64,000 bases of DNA from Squalus acanthias (lineage: Eukaryota), in assembly GCA_030390025.1 (NCBI GenBank), contig CM059448.1, forward strand, positions 11,904,001-11,968,000, in the 5' to 3' direction. A model generated the notes under the pieces. It did not search any database and was not told the DNA's origin. It saw nothing but the letters and a program-made list of their open reading frames with translations. Positions within the stretch are counted from its first letter, which is position 1. Each line of letters opens with the position of its first letter. The position numbers and the translations under genes are program-made. This document shows, piece after piece, positions 1-12,470 of the stretch.

Positions 1-92
1 TGATGATGCAGCACTCACTTGGTACTGTAGTAAAATGTCAGCCGAGATTATGACTTCTGACCTGGAGGCGAGAATGTTACCAACTGACCTTA
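1..92 (-). mobile_element. DeuSINE/SacSINE1-like SINE head fragment
   Basis: Reverse complement resembles the head of the copy at 14530-14932. Confidence 0.55.
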
Positions 93-544
93 GCTGGGAG
101 GGAGTGAAGAGCTTACCTGTGAGAGGGAAAAGCAGAAGACTAATCAATTCATGCCGCTTTTACGTGCCTCATAGTAGCTAGTTATGAAACGGCATTGGCA
201 CAGACCTTGGAGTAGGTCTCCCGATTAGAGATGGATGAGTGGCTGGTAGAGGAGTAAATTTTAAATGTTTTTAATCATCGTCTTCCCCTTCACTGTGCAG
301 TAATATGAATAGAATCATTCATGAAACCATGCATTACAGGTTCACTGTATACTTGTACTGCAGTTCAGCATTGTTTTTTTTTACTCTGCTGTGATTGTAT
401 ATGTAAAGCTCTGTTTTCTACTGTGCCCTGATCTCACTCCGCTTCTCCCTTAGATATTTCTCCCACCTTGCATAATGTCCTGAAATATTTTACAGGAGAT
501 TAAAAACCAATGCAAAATGTCTATCTTCTATCAAGCAGCATCAC

Positions 545-735
545 TAAAAAACAGATTATCTGGTCCTTATCACATTGCTGTTTGTGGGAGCTTGCTGTGC
601 GCAAATTGGCTGCTGCATTTCCTACATTACAACAGTGACTACACTTCAAAACGTACTTCATTGGCTGTAAAGCACTTTGGGACGTCCGGTGGTCGTGAAA
701 GGCGCTATAGAAATGCAAGTCCTTTTTTTCTTTTA
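545..735 (+). mobile_element. DeuSINE-like SINE 3' portion with L2-type tail
   Basis: gcttgctgtgcgcaaattggctgc...aagcactttgggacgtcc...ggcgctatagaaatgcaagt, shared with the copies at 14.8 kb, 19.7 kb and 51 kb. Confidence 0.75.
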
Positions 736-787
736 TGTGAAGTGACTTTCACTTGAGTTTTGCTGACGAGTGTATTTTTGTAACTAG

Positions 788-863
788 GACGTACTGGAAG
801 AGCTGGTCATCGAGGAAAGGCTCTTACATTTTTCACAGAAGATGATAAACCACTTTTACGGAG
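788..863 (+). CDS. DDX52: DDX52 (DEAD-box helicase, ROK1 ortholog) internal exon, helicase motif VI
   Basis: tag|GA CGT ACT GGA AGA GCT...CGG AG|gtcagt gives [26 protein letters not shown], matching recalled human DDX52 [26 protein letters not shown]; phase 1 to 2. Confidence 0.95.
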
Positions 864-1111
864 GTCAGTTTGAAGTTGAGCGTACAGGAAGCTGGAGGTT
901 CTCCATTATCTGAGTAAAGCTAATCCACTGTTTGGTATATAGGGAGATTGCATGCCTGTGTTTCTTTTAATAGGGGTACTTCTGGGAGAGGAAAGAAAAT
1001 AATGCTTGATGTACATGCACGTATATGTATTCCATTTTTTTGAGGCAGAGTAAGCGTACTGTGAAAAACAATTGGGCTGTCCCTTACTCTGATTAAAATG
1101 TTCTTTTTGTA

Positions 1112-1530
1112 CAGGAAACTTTCGTTTATCCGGCACCCAAATATCCGGAATTCTCGCTTAACCGGCAAAAATCATCCTCCGAAAACTCCTCTCAAATAAT
1201 CGGCAATGTTGCCGAGTCGCAGTCGAGTCTCCGCGAACACCGAGTACTCCGAAAACTCCTCTCAAATAACCGGCAATGTTGCCGATCCCGAGTCCGAGTC
1301 CGCGAACGCCGATTTAGTCAGTAGGGGTACTTTTCAAAAGTGCCACTACTCGGCCTCCTGGCGCTGTCGGAAGTCCGAAACACTGCAGTAGCAGGAGTTG
1401 ATTCTCCCGCGCTGCCTGGAGTCTCTTTGTTAAAAATAGCCTCGGTAGATATAACTCTCCGTTATCCGGTACTTTCGATAAACCGGCACCACGCCGGTCC
1501 CGTCGATGCCGGATAAACGAAAGTTTCCTG
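1112..1530. mobile_element. Tc1/mariner (pogo/Tigger-like) MITE
   Basis: Perfect 24-bp TIR CAGGAAACTTTCGTTTATCCGGCA / TGCCGGATAAACGAAAGTTTCCTG; TA on both sides; internal ~70-bp direct repeat; CpG-rich. Confidence 0.9.
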
Positions 1531-2441
1531 TATATTGTTAGTGCTCACTAACTGACTGAATATTGAAATATTGCTCACGTTGTGTAAGTGTTATACGTTC
1601 TAGCAATCTACTGCATATAATGAGAATACAGAGGCTTCTTGCTTTTCCTAGTTTAACATCTAAAAAGTGACGACCATTATTAGACCGAGGCCATGTCCGT
1701 TTTGCTCCAGTGAACTGTTTTCCCTCAGAGAAACAGTAAAGATCAGCCATTTTGCAATAAATTGCTCGCAAATGCTTAGGCTCTTATCCCAAAGGTGCAG
1801 TGTTTTGTTTGGGTAGTTTTAAAAAATCCTCTTAAAACTAAAAGCCTATCTAAAATGATGGCGGCGAGAGAGTGCCACTAACTTTGTAAAAAAAAAAAAT
1901 GGTTTAAAAAAATTGCCTTCAGACTTGTTAGCTTTTGTTAGCTTGTTAGTCAGAAGTGTCATTTCATCGTTTGGCCAAGCTGACTCTCAGGACCAAGATG
2001 ACTTCCAGATAGGTGCAACAATTCTGTGTTATCGAGTTGTCCTCTCCTTGGCAAATGGTTTAGATCTACATCTTTTTTATATTTTAGCAATTTAGAAAGA
2101 AAATTACTGTCCTAACGTGCTGTATACATTAATACAAGTTTTATTTTCTTATGACTCAATTGTTTCTAAGTTCCTCGGTTGTGGAGGCGAAAAGGTAGTC
2201 AGTTGCTGTCATGAATAGTGCTTTTTTTTTGATGCCTTGAATTTATTCAAGAAATGTGTTAGCACGTACTCTCTCCTTTTGGATGCCATTCTACTTGGCG
2301 GGTGCATCATTATTTTTCTGTTGGATAAACTGTGTCCATATGCGCTTACTTTTCTCATTCCAGTTGACTATCTAGCACTTCATTGGTCAGAAGCCAATTA
2401 TAATACACAACTGACCACTCTAGGAATCACTGAGATATCAT

Positions 2442-3260
2442 GGGCTGGATTTTCTCAGCCCCGAGGAGGCGGGTATGGAGGCGGGACTGCCGGAAAAGTT
2501 GCAGAATTTGGGGGCAGGTGGCAAACCCGCCCCCAACCCGCCTCCGTGCCCTCTTGCCAGGAGGCGGGAAGCCGTCCTGCCCTGGGTCCCGTCTCCTTGG
2601 AGGCGGGAAGGGATTAAAGCCTATTAACTGCCTGTTAACAAGTAGTTAACAGGCAGAAAATAGGATTACCCCCATTTTTCGTGCTGAAGTGCGGGCTTCC
2701 CAACCTGAGGGAACCCCACTGGGGTGTAGGAGGTCTGAGGGGGTTGGAGGGGTCTGAAAGTGCGATGTAGAGGTGAGTGATGGGTGCAAGTGTGGAGTGG
2801 TAAGTATGTGAGGTGAGTGTAAAGTGTTAGAAAATGTTAACTTACCTTTGTTTCTCCCTTCAGCCGCTGTGGAGCCAAAGTCCCCGACAGCTCCATTGTA
2901 GAGATCACAGACTGGTTTTTGGATCCTCCGATCCAACAGCCAGCTGATTTCTGCAAAGTAGAAAGGTTTAATGAGTCCTGAACACAAGGACTCATCAAAC
3001 TACACAGAATGTCAGTGTTTGACAGCTTCACAGAGCTGTCAAACGATGACATTTCTTCTTTCAGAAATTCTTGACAGATGATACGTTGACGTGCTCTGTC
3101 ACTGACTTCCACCTAATTGGCCTGCTGAGCCCGCTGGGCGGGCTTAACAAGGTCAATCGGGAAAATCCCGCTGGTTGGCCAGAAGCTGATGGAGGCGGGA
3201 CTGAAACCGGGCAAGCAGCAGTCCCGCCTCCAACACATCTCCATTCATAAAATCCAGCCC
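2442..3260. mobile_element. Non-autonomous TIR element (PIF/Harbinger-superfamily-like)
   Basis: TIR GGGCTGGATTTT / AAAATCCAGCCC; AT on both flanks; GC-rich subterminal GGAGGCGGG repeats. Confidence 0.75.
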
Positions 3261-3881
3261 ATTAAGTTTACTTATCTGTGCTGCCATATTTAATATTAAC
3301 AAGGATGTTACACATGCACGTAACTAAAAGCTAACCGTAGGATGCTGTGATCTGTTCTTCTCCCTTGTGTGAATTTATACAGTTTATTGGTCTCCATTCC
3401 TGTATTGAAATTGTTTACACTACAGTAATGCTGCCTGTCAAGATCGCTGTGCCTTAGAATGCACAGTGTAGAGCAATACACATCCTAAATGGTAGCTAAA
3501 CTAACTTCTAACCTGAATGGGATGAGGCTGGATCTGGCATCATTGCAAACATCTTGTCGCTTAGTGGACTGATTTTTAATTTGTACAAACATTTGGCAAC
3601 CGCTGATCAGTCCGCATCTCACTCCGAGAATTCAGAGCAAAGAACTATTAGCTGATGTGTGAGAAACAGAAGTTCCTGACTTGTTTGCTAGATGCTTAAT
3701 TCATCAGTCTTGTACTATGATGGAATCAAGGGGCTCAATGAGCACAATAGTTATTCATATTGATCAGTGCTGATGCATTGTGCCAAAAATGACACAGTCT
3801 AGTTAAAGTTGATTTGACACTGTGACTGAAATTTTTTAGAAACATGCAGTTTTTTTGCTAATTTTTTTTCTATTCAATTAG

Positions 3882-3953
3882 TATAGCAAATGTTATCAAA
3901 CAAGCTGGCTGCCCTGTACCAGACTACATGATGCAAATAAATAAACTGCAAAG
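3882..3953 (+). CDS. DDX52: DDX52 internal exon
   Basis: ttag|T ATA GCA AAT...CAA AG|gtaagt gives IANVIKQAGCPVPDYMMQINKLQS; phase 2 to 2. Confidence 0.95.
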
Positions 3954-5484
3954 GTAAGTGCCCATAATTGAAAAACGTGTTAACTAACTAATATTAGAGA
4001 TGCGATGCTGTATATGGCTGTTTCAGACAAAGAAGTGGTTTGATCTTGGGGAGTGGGCTGGGTTGCAAGCTTGGTGGTTGGCATATCGAGTTAAGCCAGT
4101 TGGTTCTTCAAGCTCAGTAACTGTAACTTATCTCTTCCAAACAAATATGTACTTACCTGGGAATGCTACAGCCTTGAACTTGTGTTTCATTCTCCTCCCC
4201 TTTTGTCTTTTTGGTATAGTGTGCTTGAAGATTAATTATTTTACATACACACATACCTCCCTCCTTTTTTGGAGATAGCAAAGCAAGTCTAAGTTGTAAT
4301 TTAAAGAAGGGGCCTTGCCAGCAGTATGTAAATTAAAAACAAAAGAATTAGAGAATTATGGTTAGTTTTACTGTCCTCATTTGTTTCTCTGCTTTGGAAC
4401 AAAAGTTTTTTCCCCCCTCGCCTTTCCATGCTGTCGATTAGTGGGCTCTGCACACGGCTCTACCAGTGCTGCTTTGAGCTGGCTGTCAGGAATTATGTCG
4501 GGGAAGCCTGGGGTCGATTCTTCTCTCTCTTTCCTTCCCTGTGTGAAAGTAACAGGCTTCCATTTGGTGTGGCTGAGATTGCGGATGGAAGATTGATCCT
4601 GCATCCCTTTCCATTTGCAGCAGCGGGTTACCTTATGTTTAACTGTACAGATTTTATGTATCGCACTCTTCTGATTCATTAGATTAACATTTACCTTTTT
4701 GAACACTGAAATAAGTGCTCTAAACCCAATCATACACAGATACAAGTTGTAAGATTGCAGTATTGACAAATGAATTTAAAATGTACTCCAGTTTTATTGC
4801 TCCTTCATCTGTTCATCATTCATGTACAATAGACTATCCATTGTCCACAATTAGAAAAGGCCACAAATCAGTCTATTTCTGAATTAGCCACCCTCATGAG
4901 ATCTATGCGGTTTCTTATGCACTCTGTTAATGATTGGCATTTCCAGCGTTCTGCTTCATTTCACGTTCTTCCATCGATAGTAGTGGTATGCTTGCTATGT
5001 CTTCAAGAAAAGTCATTCTTTCCCTTTCCTCAGACTTCTGAATGATAACAGTCCTGTCAAAAGTGACACATGACCTTCCATTGAAGAATGTGGATAATTG
5101 CATCAAACAGATGCCTACTTTTACGTTGTGGAATATAAATGTTTTAGGAATATTTTATCTCTACCTCAGCATAATCTGGCTAGAACACTGAGGCTGAGTC
5201 TATTCAATGAATGCAAAGGAAAGAAAGATAGGAGCTTGGTGTCTCTGAAGTACCGTCCCTGCAACAACAGCATTGGAACACCAGTCCCCAGGATGGGCTT
5301 GAACCCAAATCCTGCTGATGCCCCAAATTAAGGGTGGGTTGAACCTTTCAGCACAGCAGCCTGTGTCAGATAACTAGCCCATTCTTAGTACGTGTGAATG
5401 TTGGTTTATCAAATCATTTTTTTCAATTTCTGTATTGATTTTGAAACTTGTGTAATAATGGCTGCCATCTCACTCTCATTGCAG

Positions 5485-5577
5485 TAAACAAAAGAAAAGG
5501 TTGATCAAAAATCCAATCAAACGAGCGGGTATCAAGACCACACCAAAATACTTCCTAGAAAAGGCAGCCAGGAAGAA
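5485..5577 (+). CDS. DDX52: DDX52 penultimate coding exon
   Basis: gcag|T AAA CAA AAG...AAG AA|gtaagt gives KQKKRLIKNPIKRAGIKTTPKYFLEKAARKK; phase 2 to 2. Confidence 0.93.
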
Positions 5578-6039
5578 GTAAGTTTTTTTTTTAATTTCAT
5601 GTGTTTACTTTTGAATTAAACTGTGTGGAAATTAGACAACAGTATTTCTAAGGTGTCTGAAACGGAACTAAATTAGTCAACAGGCCAACTAATTTTGAAG
5701 TAAAAATTCACAGTACTGCTTTATGTGAGCCTTGTGCCAGATTGTATGTTTGGAAGACTTTACAACTACTAATGTGTAGCTGTTCTTATGTCTTGATGTA
5801 CATAATTCCTCCTCTGAAAATTAATTTGTTGGATTGAGGGGAAAAGGTTGTATGTTTTTAAAAACAAATTGTTTTGAATGCTTATTTTTTTTTAAACTAG
5901 CAGTCACCAGAATGTTGGGTAAAGCTATGTTTAATTTATTTCTGAATTACTGCCTCAAATATGAAGATAAAATTACTGTACTTTAAAAGATACTTTTAGT
6001 AGTTAGTTATAAATATCTGGAGGGTGTGTGCCATGTTGG

Positions 6040-6150
6040 ATGGGAAAGTGGAGTTGAGATCGAAGATCAGCCATAATCTTAATGAATGACGGAGCAGGCT
6101 TGAGGGGCCATATGGCCTTCTCCTGCTCCTAATTGTTATGCTCTTATGTT
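6040..6150 (+). mobile_element. CR1 LINE 3' tail fragment
   Basis: gatcagccat...gaatgacggagcaggcttgaggggcc...cctgctcctaa, same tail as the 33.6 kb and 59.9 kb copies. Confidence 0.75.
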
Positions 6151-6687
6151 ATATGGCATAGTAATAGTGTATGAAAATGACCCACTGTAGCAGAGACCAA
6201 ATGGGTAGCATTGTTTGATTTAAAACTGGCTTGAGATTACTCGTGTTCAATTTCTAGAAGTCCACTTTGATTCCTTGAATCAAATAATGGAGAATAAAAT
6301 GATGCAGTAATAATTGTTTGAAATCAAATAGCAGAATTTTGAGTTATGTAACATTAAACATCGCTTGAATGGGGCAAGTTAGATCTTCTGTTGTCTAATT
6401 GGTATGTCAGCTGTCTATTGGATAATTGAATGTGTGACTAGATGCAAGATTGCCGGTAAGTCTGGTGGTGCTTGCTGAGATATAAATGCTATATTGCAAA
6501 AGGGAGGATTTGGTGTATGAAGTAAAGCCCAAGATAGTTACTGGAAAAGTAATTGGAAAATTTGAATACTAAATGGGAATGTAGAAAAAGGGAATGCTGC
6601 AGTATAAATCCAGTTTGTGTTGTATCTCAGGATCCCAGCTAGCTTCAGTGAAATTTAATCTTTATACTTTTACTTTTCTGTTTTCAG

Positions 6688-6781
6688 AAAAATGATTCAG
6701 AAGAGCAAGAAGAAGAAACAAGAGAAATCCCATACAAGTGTGCCATCCACCAGTGCTAAACGAGGTTCCACTGACAGCTAA
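6688..6781 (+). CDS. DDX52: DDX52 terminal coding exon (Lys-rich tail, TAA stop)
   Basis: Polypyrimidine tract then ttttcag|A AAA ATG ATT CAG...AGC TAA gives KMIQKSKKKKQEKSHTSVPSTSAKRGSTDS*; in frame with the previous exon. Possible ATTAAA polyA signal at 7412-7417. Confidence 0.88.
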
Positions 6782-7576
6782 TGCAGTGCTGCTGGAATTG
6801 GTCACGGTTGCATAGTCTCGTGCCTTCTGCGCACGCAGCAGTTAAAAAGCAGGGCATCTGATGAACACGAACAGATCCACCACAGAGATTTATGCTGAAC
6901 AGCGCTATAGTTTTCACCACTTCTGTATTTTAAAAAAAAACTAAGATGTTTATCTAAAATGATTTTTTTTTAAGTAAGTGTTCAAGAACGCAGTGCTGCT
7001 GGTGTGATACTGCCAAATTGTGGTCTCTTCTACATTGTCTGTTTTGAACCTTTAGAAATAATCAGTATGTACTATCATAGCAACTGTTGTGGCAGTGAGG
7101 ACGTGGTCTTCATGCACACTTAGTGGCAATTTTTATCTGATACGGTAAGTTGCAGTTTGGATACTTTAAATTATTTCTCAAGAATTTATTCTATGGAAGT
7201 TACTCTGCATAACAGATATATAGTTACATATCTGATAGTGTTGGGAATATCACTGACATCATTTAGGGTAAGGTTTGAACAGATGCCTATGCAGTGATTA
7301 ATCTTCAGCAAAAAGTCATTAGTTTTATAATTGTTAATGTAATGAGTAAAATTTGGTGTCAGCACAGACTGTTATATTTATCTCATTGTTTGAGATGCAG
7401 TATTCTATAATATTAAAAATGTGTATTTCATAATTGACAAATCCCTGGATTGTGCAATGCATTATGTATTTTATTAGAAGAATCTTGAATTAATTGATGC
7501 GGGGTAAAGTCAATGAGCTATTCTCACTCTTACAAGCTACTATGCTCCCAATTGTCCTTTACAGCTTACAGTGAAA

Positions 7577-7815
7577 TCTTTTTATTATTCATTCTCAGAA
7601 TGTGGGCAAGGCTGGCATTTATTGCCCATCCCTAGTTTCTCTCAAGGTGGTCGCCTTCTTGAACAATAATTAAGAGTCAACCATGTTGGTGTGGGACTGG
7701 AGTCACATACAGGCCAGACTGAGTAAGGATGGCAGATTACCTTCCCTAAAGGACATTAGTGAACCATTTGGGTTTTTACAACAATCCGACAGCTTCATGG
7801 TCACTTTTACTGACG
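7577..7815 (-). mobile_element. SINE fragment (family of 43991-44395)
   Basis: ggcatttattgcccatccctag...ggactggagtcacata...gacagcttcatggtca is the reverse complement of the 44-kb SINE. Confidence 0.75.
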
Positions 7816-8769
7816 CAGTCCCCACCACTTACAGCGTCCACACTTATCCTGGGCAGCCACCTATATGGAGCAAATGGGGCTAACCATTTTCCATTACCAA
7901 TGAATTTAATTACAAAGGCGCCGCTTATAACACGTGCCGGCTATTTCAGCAATTCAATAAGCTTTTCGCGCCTCATTAAGGTGTGATTTAAGTACTGTTA
8001 ACTGTTCACCTGAGGAGCTGAGTGCCTCAGTACTTGCAGTGCCACTGTAATGCAAAATGTTTTAGCAAAAAGGAATGAATTTGGTACAAATCCTGTCTAT
8101 TGAAAGTGCTGTCTACCCATTTGTCTGTTTTTAATGCCCCAGGAACAGCTGATTGTAGCTACCTGAAGTTACCAGTTTCTGACTGCCCCCCGTAGTTGTT
8201 AACAGTGCAAACAGCTGATGGAAGCTGCCTGAAATCTCCATCAGCTGTTTGCTAAATACAGTTAAACAAATCATTATCCGATACGGAGAGGGTGGAGAAT
8301 TAATACATTTTATCAATAAGCACACCCGATCAGTATGCGGTACTGTACTATATTTTGTATAGTTCATGTCTATTACCAGAAGGATTCCACTTTCACAAAC
8401 CAACATCATTTTCTTGCTACTTCAGCTGATCAATGCTGCAGGGTTATTCCGGTTGATTTTTAACTAGAAGTTGAAGTGAATTCCCGGCCTTGTTCTGTTA
8501 CAGATTGAACAGTCATCCTTTGAAGTGTACCAGTTTGATAGCTTTATGACCAAAAGGCATAAACTGCAATGTAAGATAGCAAAATAAGGCATGAACAAAG
8601 TTAGATTACGGGTGTGTTAAATGAGTTCCCACCCCAAGCATCAATCCGCTTCTATCTCTATCACCACCCCGTGCACCCCCCGCCCCCCCCCCCCCCCCGC
8701 AACTTTGGTACACCCATCGCACATTGGCAGCATTTCCCGCCAGAGAGAAAATGGGAGCTATCATTAAGG

Positions 8770-9070
8770 CATTAAGGTCTGAAGTTGTTGGTCAGTATTA
8801 AGGCCAGAGGGCTGCAAAGTGCCTAGTGGAAAGATGAGGTTTTGTTCCTTGAGCTTCATTGGAACAGTGTAGAAGGTCAAACACAGAAAGATCCCAGTGG
8901 ATAGGGAATTGAAGTGGCTAGCGAAAAGGAGCTCTGGATCACACTTGCGGACAGAAGAGGTGTTCAGCAAAGTGGTCACCTAATCTGTGTTTGTAATCCT
9001 CTAATGTAGAGGAGCTGGCACAGTGAGCAGCAAATACAGTATACTAGGTTGGAGCAAGTACAGGTAAATT
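8770..9070 (-). mobile_element. Penelope-like element, degraded GIY-YIG endonuclease C-terminus
   Basis: Minus-strand frames give RLGDHFAEHL, SVRKCDPEL..ASHFNS and KLKEQNLIFPLGTLQPSGLN, typical of the end of the Penelope ORF; frameshifted. Confidence 0.75.
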
Positions 9071-10605
9071 GCACTCACTCAGGAATGTTTGGCATTTCTT
9101 AACCTTGTTTTATAAAGCTGTCAATGTTTCTGTATGGAAGGAACTTTTTTGGGGGGAAAAGCTTTTCACACTTATACAATGGTGTTATGGTTTAAAATGT
9201 TATACAACTTATTGCAGATCATTAAACAGTAAGTGATTGGTTTGAGTTTAGCATTGATAGACATGATTTAGTCAGTATAGGAAGAACTCTACAGTGCACC
9301 TGTCTCGTCGTCCTCCTGATTCCAGACCTCAGATAATTCTATTTTATAATCAGCCCTCAAGGTGTGTATGAACTGGAAGTGTTCAAACATATCCTGGTCA
9401 GAAAGCACTTCTGGTGAGTGGGCTGAAATCAGAAACCATGTGGAAATCCCATCATTCCATTGTGGTTTTTTTTTTTAACAGTACACCAAGAGCTGCATAA
9501 AATGGACTTTTATTAAACTAAGTAGTGGAGTGAATATTGATTGTCATATTTGATCATAAAATTTACTACACAAATATCTAACTACCTTTTTTCAACATTT
9601 TGCAATTGTTTTCCATCAAAAAAAAATCTGCATCATATAGTTCCTCTCCCACCCACTCCAAGCCTCAGATCTAAACTTCAACACAACGCACGTTTAATGA
9701 AGAAATCACACGTGCCCATAAATCTGGTCTAACAACTCCCCGCTTCTCCTGCCCCCAAGTCGCATGATTTGCCCAACTTCCTCTCTGAACACACCTTGCC
9801 CAGCAAACCAGGCAAAATTTGTCTTAAATCTGTCCATGGACAACCATAGGACTACAATTTCTAGGAGCCACTGTGGCTTTTTCTTTTTGGCTGGGAAACT
9901 CCAAGGACTTACCATGTGGTCATTTCCCCAGGCACGTGTGGGAGTTTGGCTTCTGGAGTTCATCCACCTCCTCAACAGAGAAACTCCAAGGAGCCTCTCG
10001 CAAGTGTGCACAGAAGTCTGCCTGTTCTTGTTTTGTTTTTTGCCAACCAGTATCTTTCTCTGTGATCAGCTCCTTCCACATCCCTCTACGTGGCAGTTTG
10101 AACAGTGTAAGAAATAGAGTGGAAAGAGTTCTGCTAAAACTAAGTGGAGAGAGATAAAACAAGTAAGAATGGGGAGAACAAACTGAAAAGAAATAAGGAA
10201 AGAAGCCGAGAGAAAAGATGAGGAAATGCAATGTACGCAGGTGTCTGTTACAAATTCTTGGTTCAGTGGCATCCAGCGTGCCGAAAAGTGGATCTGATTC
10301 CTCTTGCATGCCAGAGTACATTTGCATTGCCCAATATCAACTTGTACAATAATGCAACCCAGGGATGTTTGTATAATAATTATTGTGATCTGAACCAGTC
10401 ATGTGTGTCTTTTGCATATGCCTCTAATCTTTTTGAAGGTGGACTGAGAAACCACCTGATAAGACGAGGCCAGATACAAATAGTTAAGCTGCTCTATATC
10501 ACAGCCAAGGGAACATGCAGAGCAACAGTTAGGAACAGACACACTTAATTCAATCAGGACATGTGTCTTTGCATAATATAACAAAAATAATGAACATGCT
10601 ATGCT

Positions 10606-12470
10606 TCCCACAATCAATGGATCAGATCAAAGCTCTGCAGTCCTGCCACATCCAGTCGTGAATGGTGGTGGACTATTAAACAACTAACTGGAGGAGGCTC
10701 CAAGAATATCCCCATCCTCAATGATGGTGGAGCCCAGCATGTGAGTGCAAAAGACAAGGCTGAAGCGTTTGCAACCAACTTCAGCCAGAAGTGCCGAGTG
10801 GATGATCCATATCGGCCTACTCCTGAGGTCCCCACCATCACAGAAGCCATTCTTCAGCCAATTCGATTCACTCCAAGTGATAGCAAGAAACGGCTGAGCG
10901 CACTGGATACAGCAAAGGCTATGGGCCCCGACAACATCCCGGCTATCGTGCTGAAGACTTGTGCTCCAGAACTAGCCGCGCCTCTAGCCAAGCTGTTCCA
11001 GTACAGCTACAACACTGGCATCTATCCAACAATGTGGAAAACTGCCCAGGTATGTCCTGTCCACAAAAAGCAGGACAAATCCAACCCGGCCAATTAGCGC
11101 CCCATCAGTCTACTCTTAATCATCAGCAAAGTGATGGAAGGTGTCATCGACAGTGCTATCAAGCGGCACTTACTCACCAATGACCTGCTCACTGATGCCC
11201 AGTTTGGGTTCCGCCAAGACCACTCGGCTCCCGACCTCATTACAGCCTTGGTCCAAACATGGACAAAGGAGCTGAATTCCAGAGGTGTGGTGAGAGTGAC
11301 TGCCCTTGACATCAAGGCAGCATTTGACTGAGTCTGGCACCAAGGAGCCCTAGTAAAACTGAAGTCAATGGGAATCGGGGAAACTGCTCCACTGGCTGGA
11401 GTCATACCTAGCACAAAGGAAGATGGTTGTGGTGGTTAAAGATCAATCATCACAGCCCCAGGACATTGCTGCAGGAGTTCCTCAGGGCAGTGTCCTAGGC
11501 CCAACCATCTTCAGCTGCTTCATCAATGACCTTCCCTCCAACATAAGGTCAGAAATGGGAATGTTCACTGATGACTGCACAGTGTTCAGCGCCATTCGCA
11601 ACTCCACAGATAATGAAGCAGTCCATGCCCGCGTGCAACAAGACCTGGACGACGTTCAGGCTTGGGCTGATAAGTGGCAGGTAACATTCGCGCCACAGAA
11701 GTGCCAGGCAATGACTATCTCCAACGAGCAAGAGTCTAACCACCTCCCCTTGACATTCAATGGCATTACCATCACCGAATCCCCCACTATCAACATCCTG
11801 GGGGTCACCATTAACCAGAAACTTAACTGGACCAGCCACATAAATACTGTGGCAACAAGAGCAGGTCAGAGGCTAGGTATTCTGCAGCGAGTGTCTCACC
11901 TCCTGACTCTCCAAAGCCTTTCCACCATCTACAAGGCACAAGTAAGGAGTGTGATGGAATACTCTCCACTTGCCTGGATGAGTGCAGCTGTAACAACACT
12001 CAAGAAGCTCGACACCATCCAGGACAAAGCAGCCCGCTTGATTGGCACCCCATCCATCACCTTAAACATTCACTCCCTCCACCACCAGCGTACCGTGGCT
12101 GCAGTGTGTACCATCTACAAGATGCACTGCAGCAACTCGCCAAGGCTTCTTCGGCAGCACCTCCCAAACCCGCGACCTCTTCCACCTAGAAGGACAGGGG
12201 CAGCAGGCGCACGGGAACACCACCACCTCCAAGTTCCCCTCCAAGTCACACACCATCATGACTTAGAAGTATATCACTGATCCTTCATCGTTGCTGGGTC
12301 AAAATCCTGGAACTCCCTCCCTAACAGCACTGTGGGAGTACCATCACCACACGGACTGCAGCGGTTCAAGAAGGCGGCTCACCACCACCTTCTCAAGGGC
12401 AACTAGGGATGGGCAATAAATGCTGGCATTGCCAGAGACGCCCTGATCCCATGAACGAATAAAATAAAAT
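10606..12470 (+). mobile_element. 5'-truncated CR1-group non-LTR retrotransposon (RT pseudogene)
   Basis: ORF pieces 10741-11097, 11131-11331 and 11423-12280 contain [32 protein letters not shown] and FTDD; in-frame stops and a frameshift; AATAA-type tail. Confidence 0.92.

Noticed and set aside
151-230. Two small hairpins (ATGCCG/CGGCAT; AGACCT/AGGTCT) in a DDX52 intron, suggesting an H/ACA snoRNA
   Set aside because: No correctly placed H box or ACA, and the stems are short enough to arise by chance.
1177-1313. Direct repeats resembling a CRISPR array
   Set aside because: Only two units, inside a MITE, in eukaryotic DNA.
4380-4700. GC-richer intronic block with overlapping ORFs
   Set aside because: No recognisable protein, RNA family or splice structure. 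It could be a conserved element, but that cannot be supported without alignments.
9920-9922. In-frame TGA in the minus-strand exon as selenocysteine
   Set aside because: No SECIS element or selenoprotein motif was identified; a nonsense mutation or a true stop is simpler.
10741-12280. Long RT ORFs as an active retroelement or domesticated gene
   Set aside because: 5' truncated, with in-frame stops, a frameshift and FTDD at the catalytic motif.
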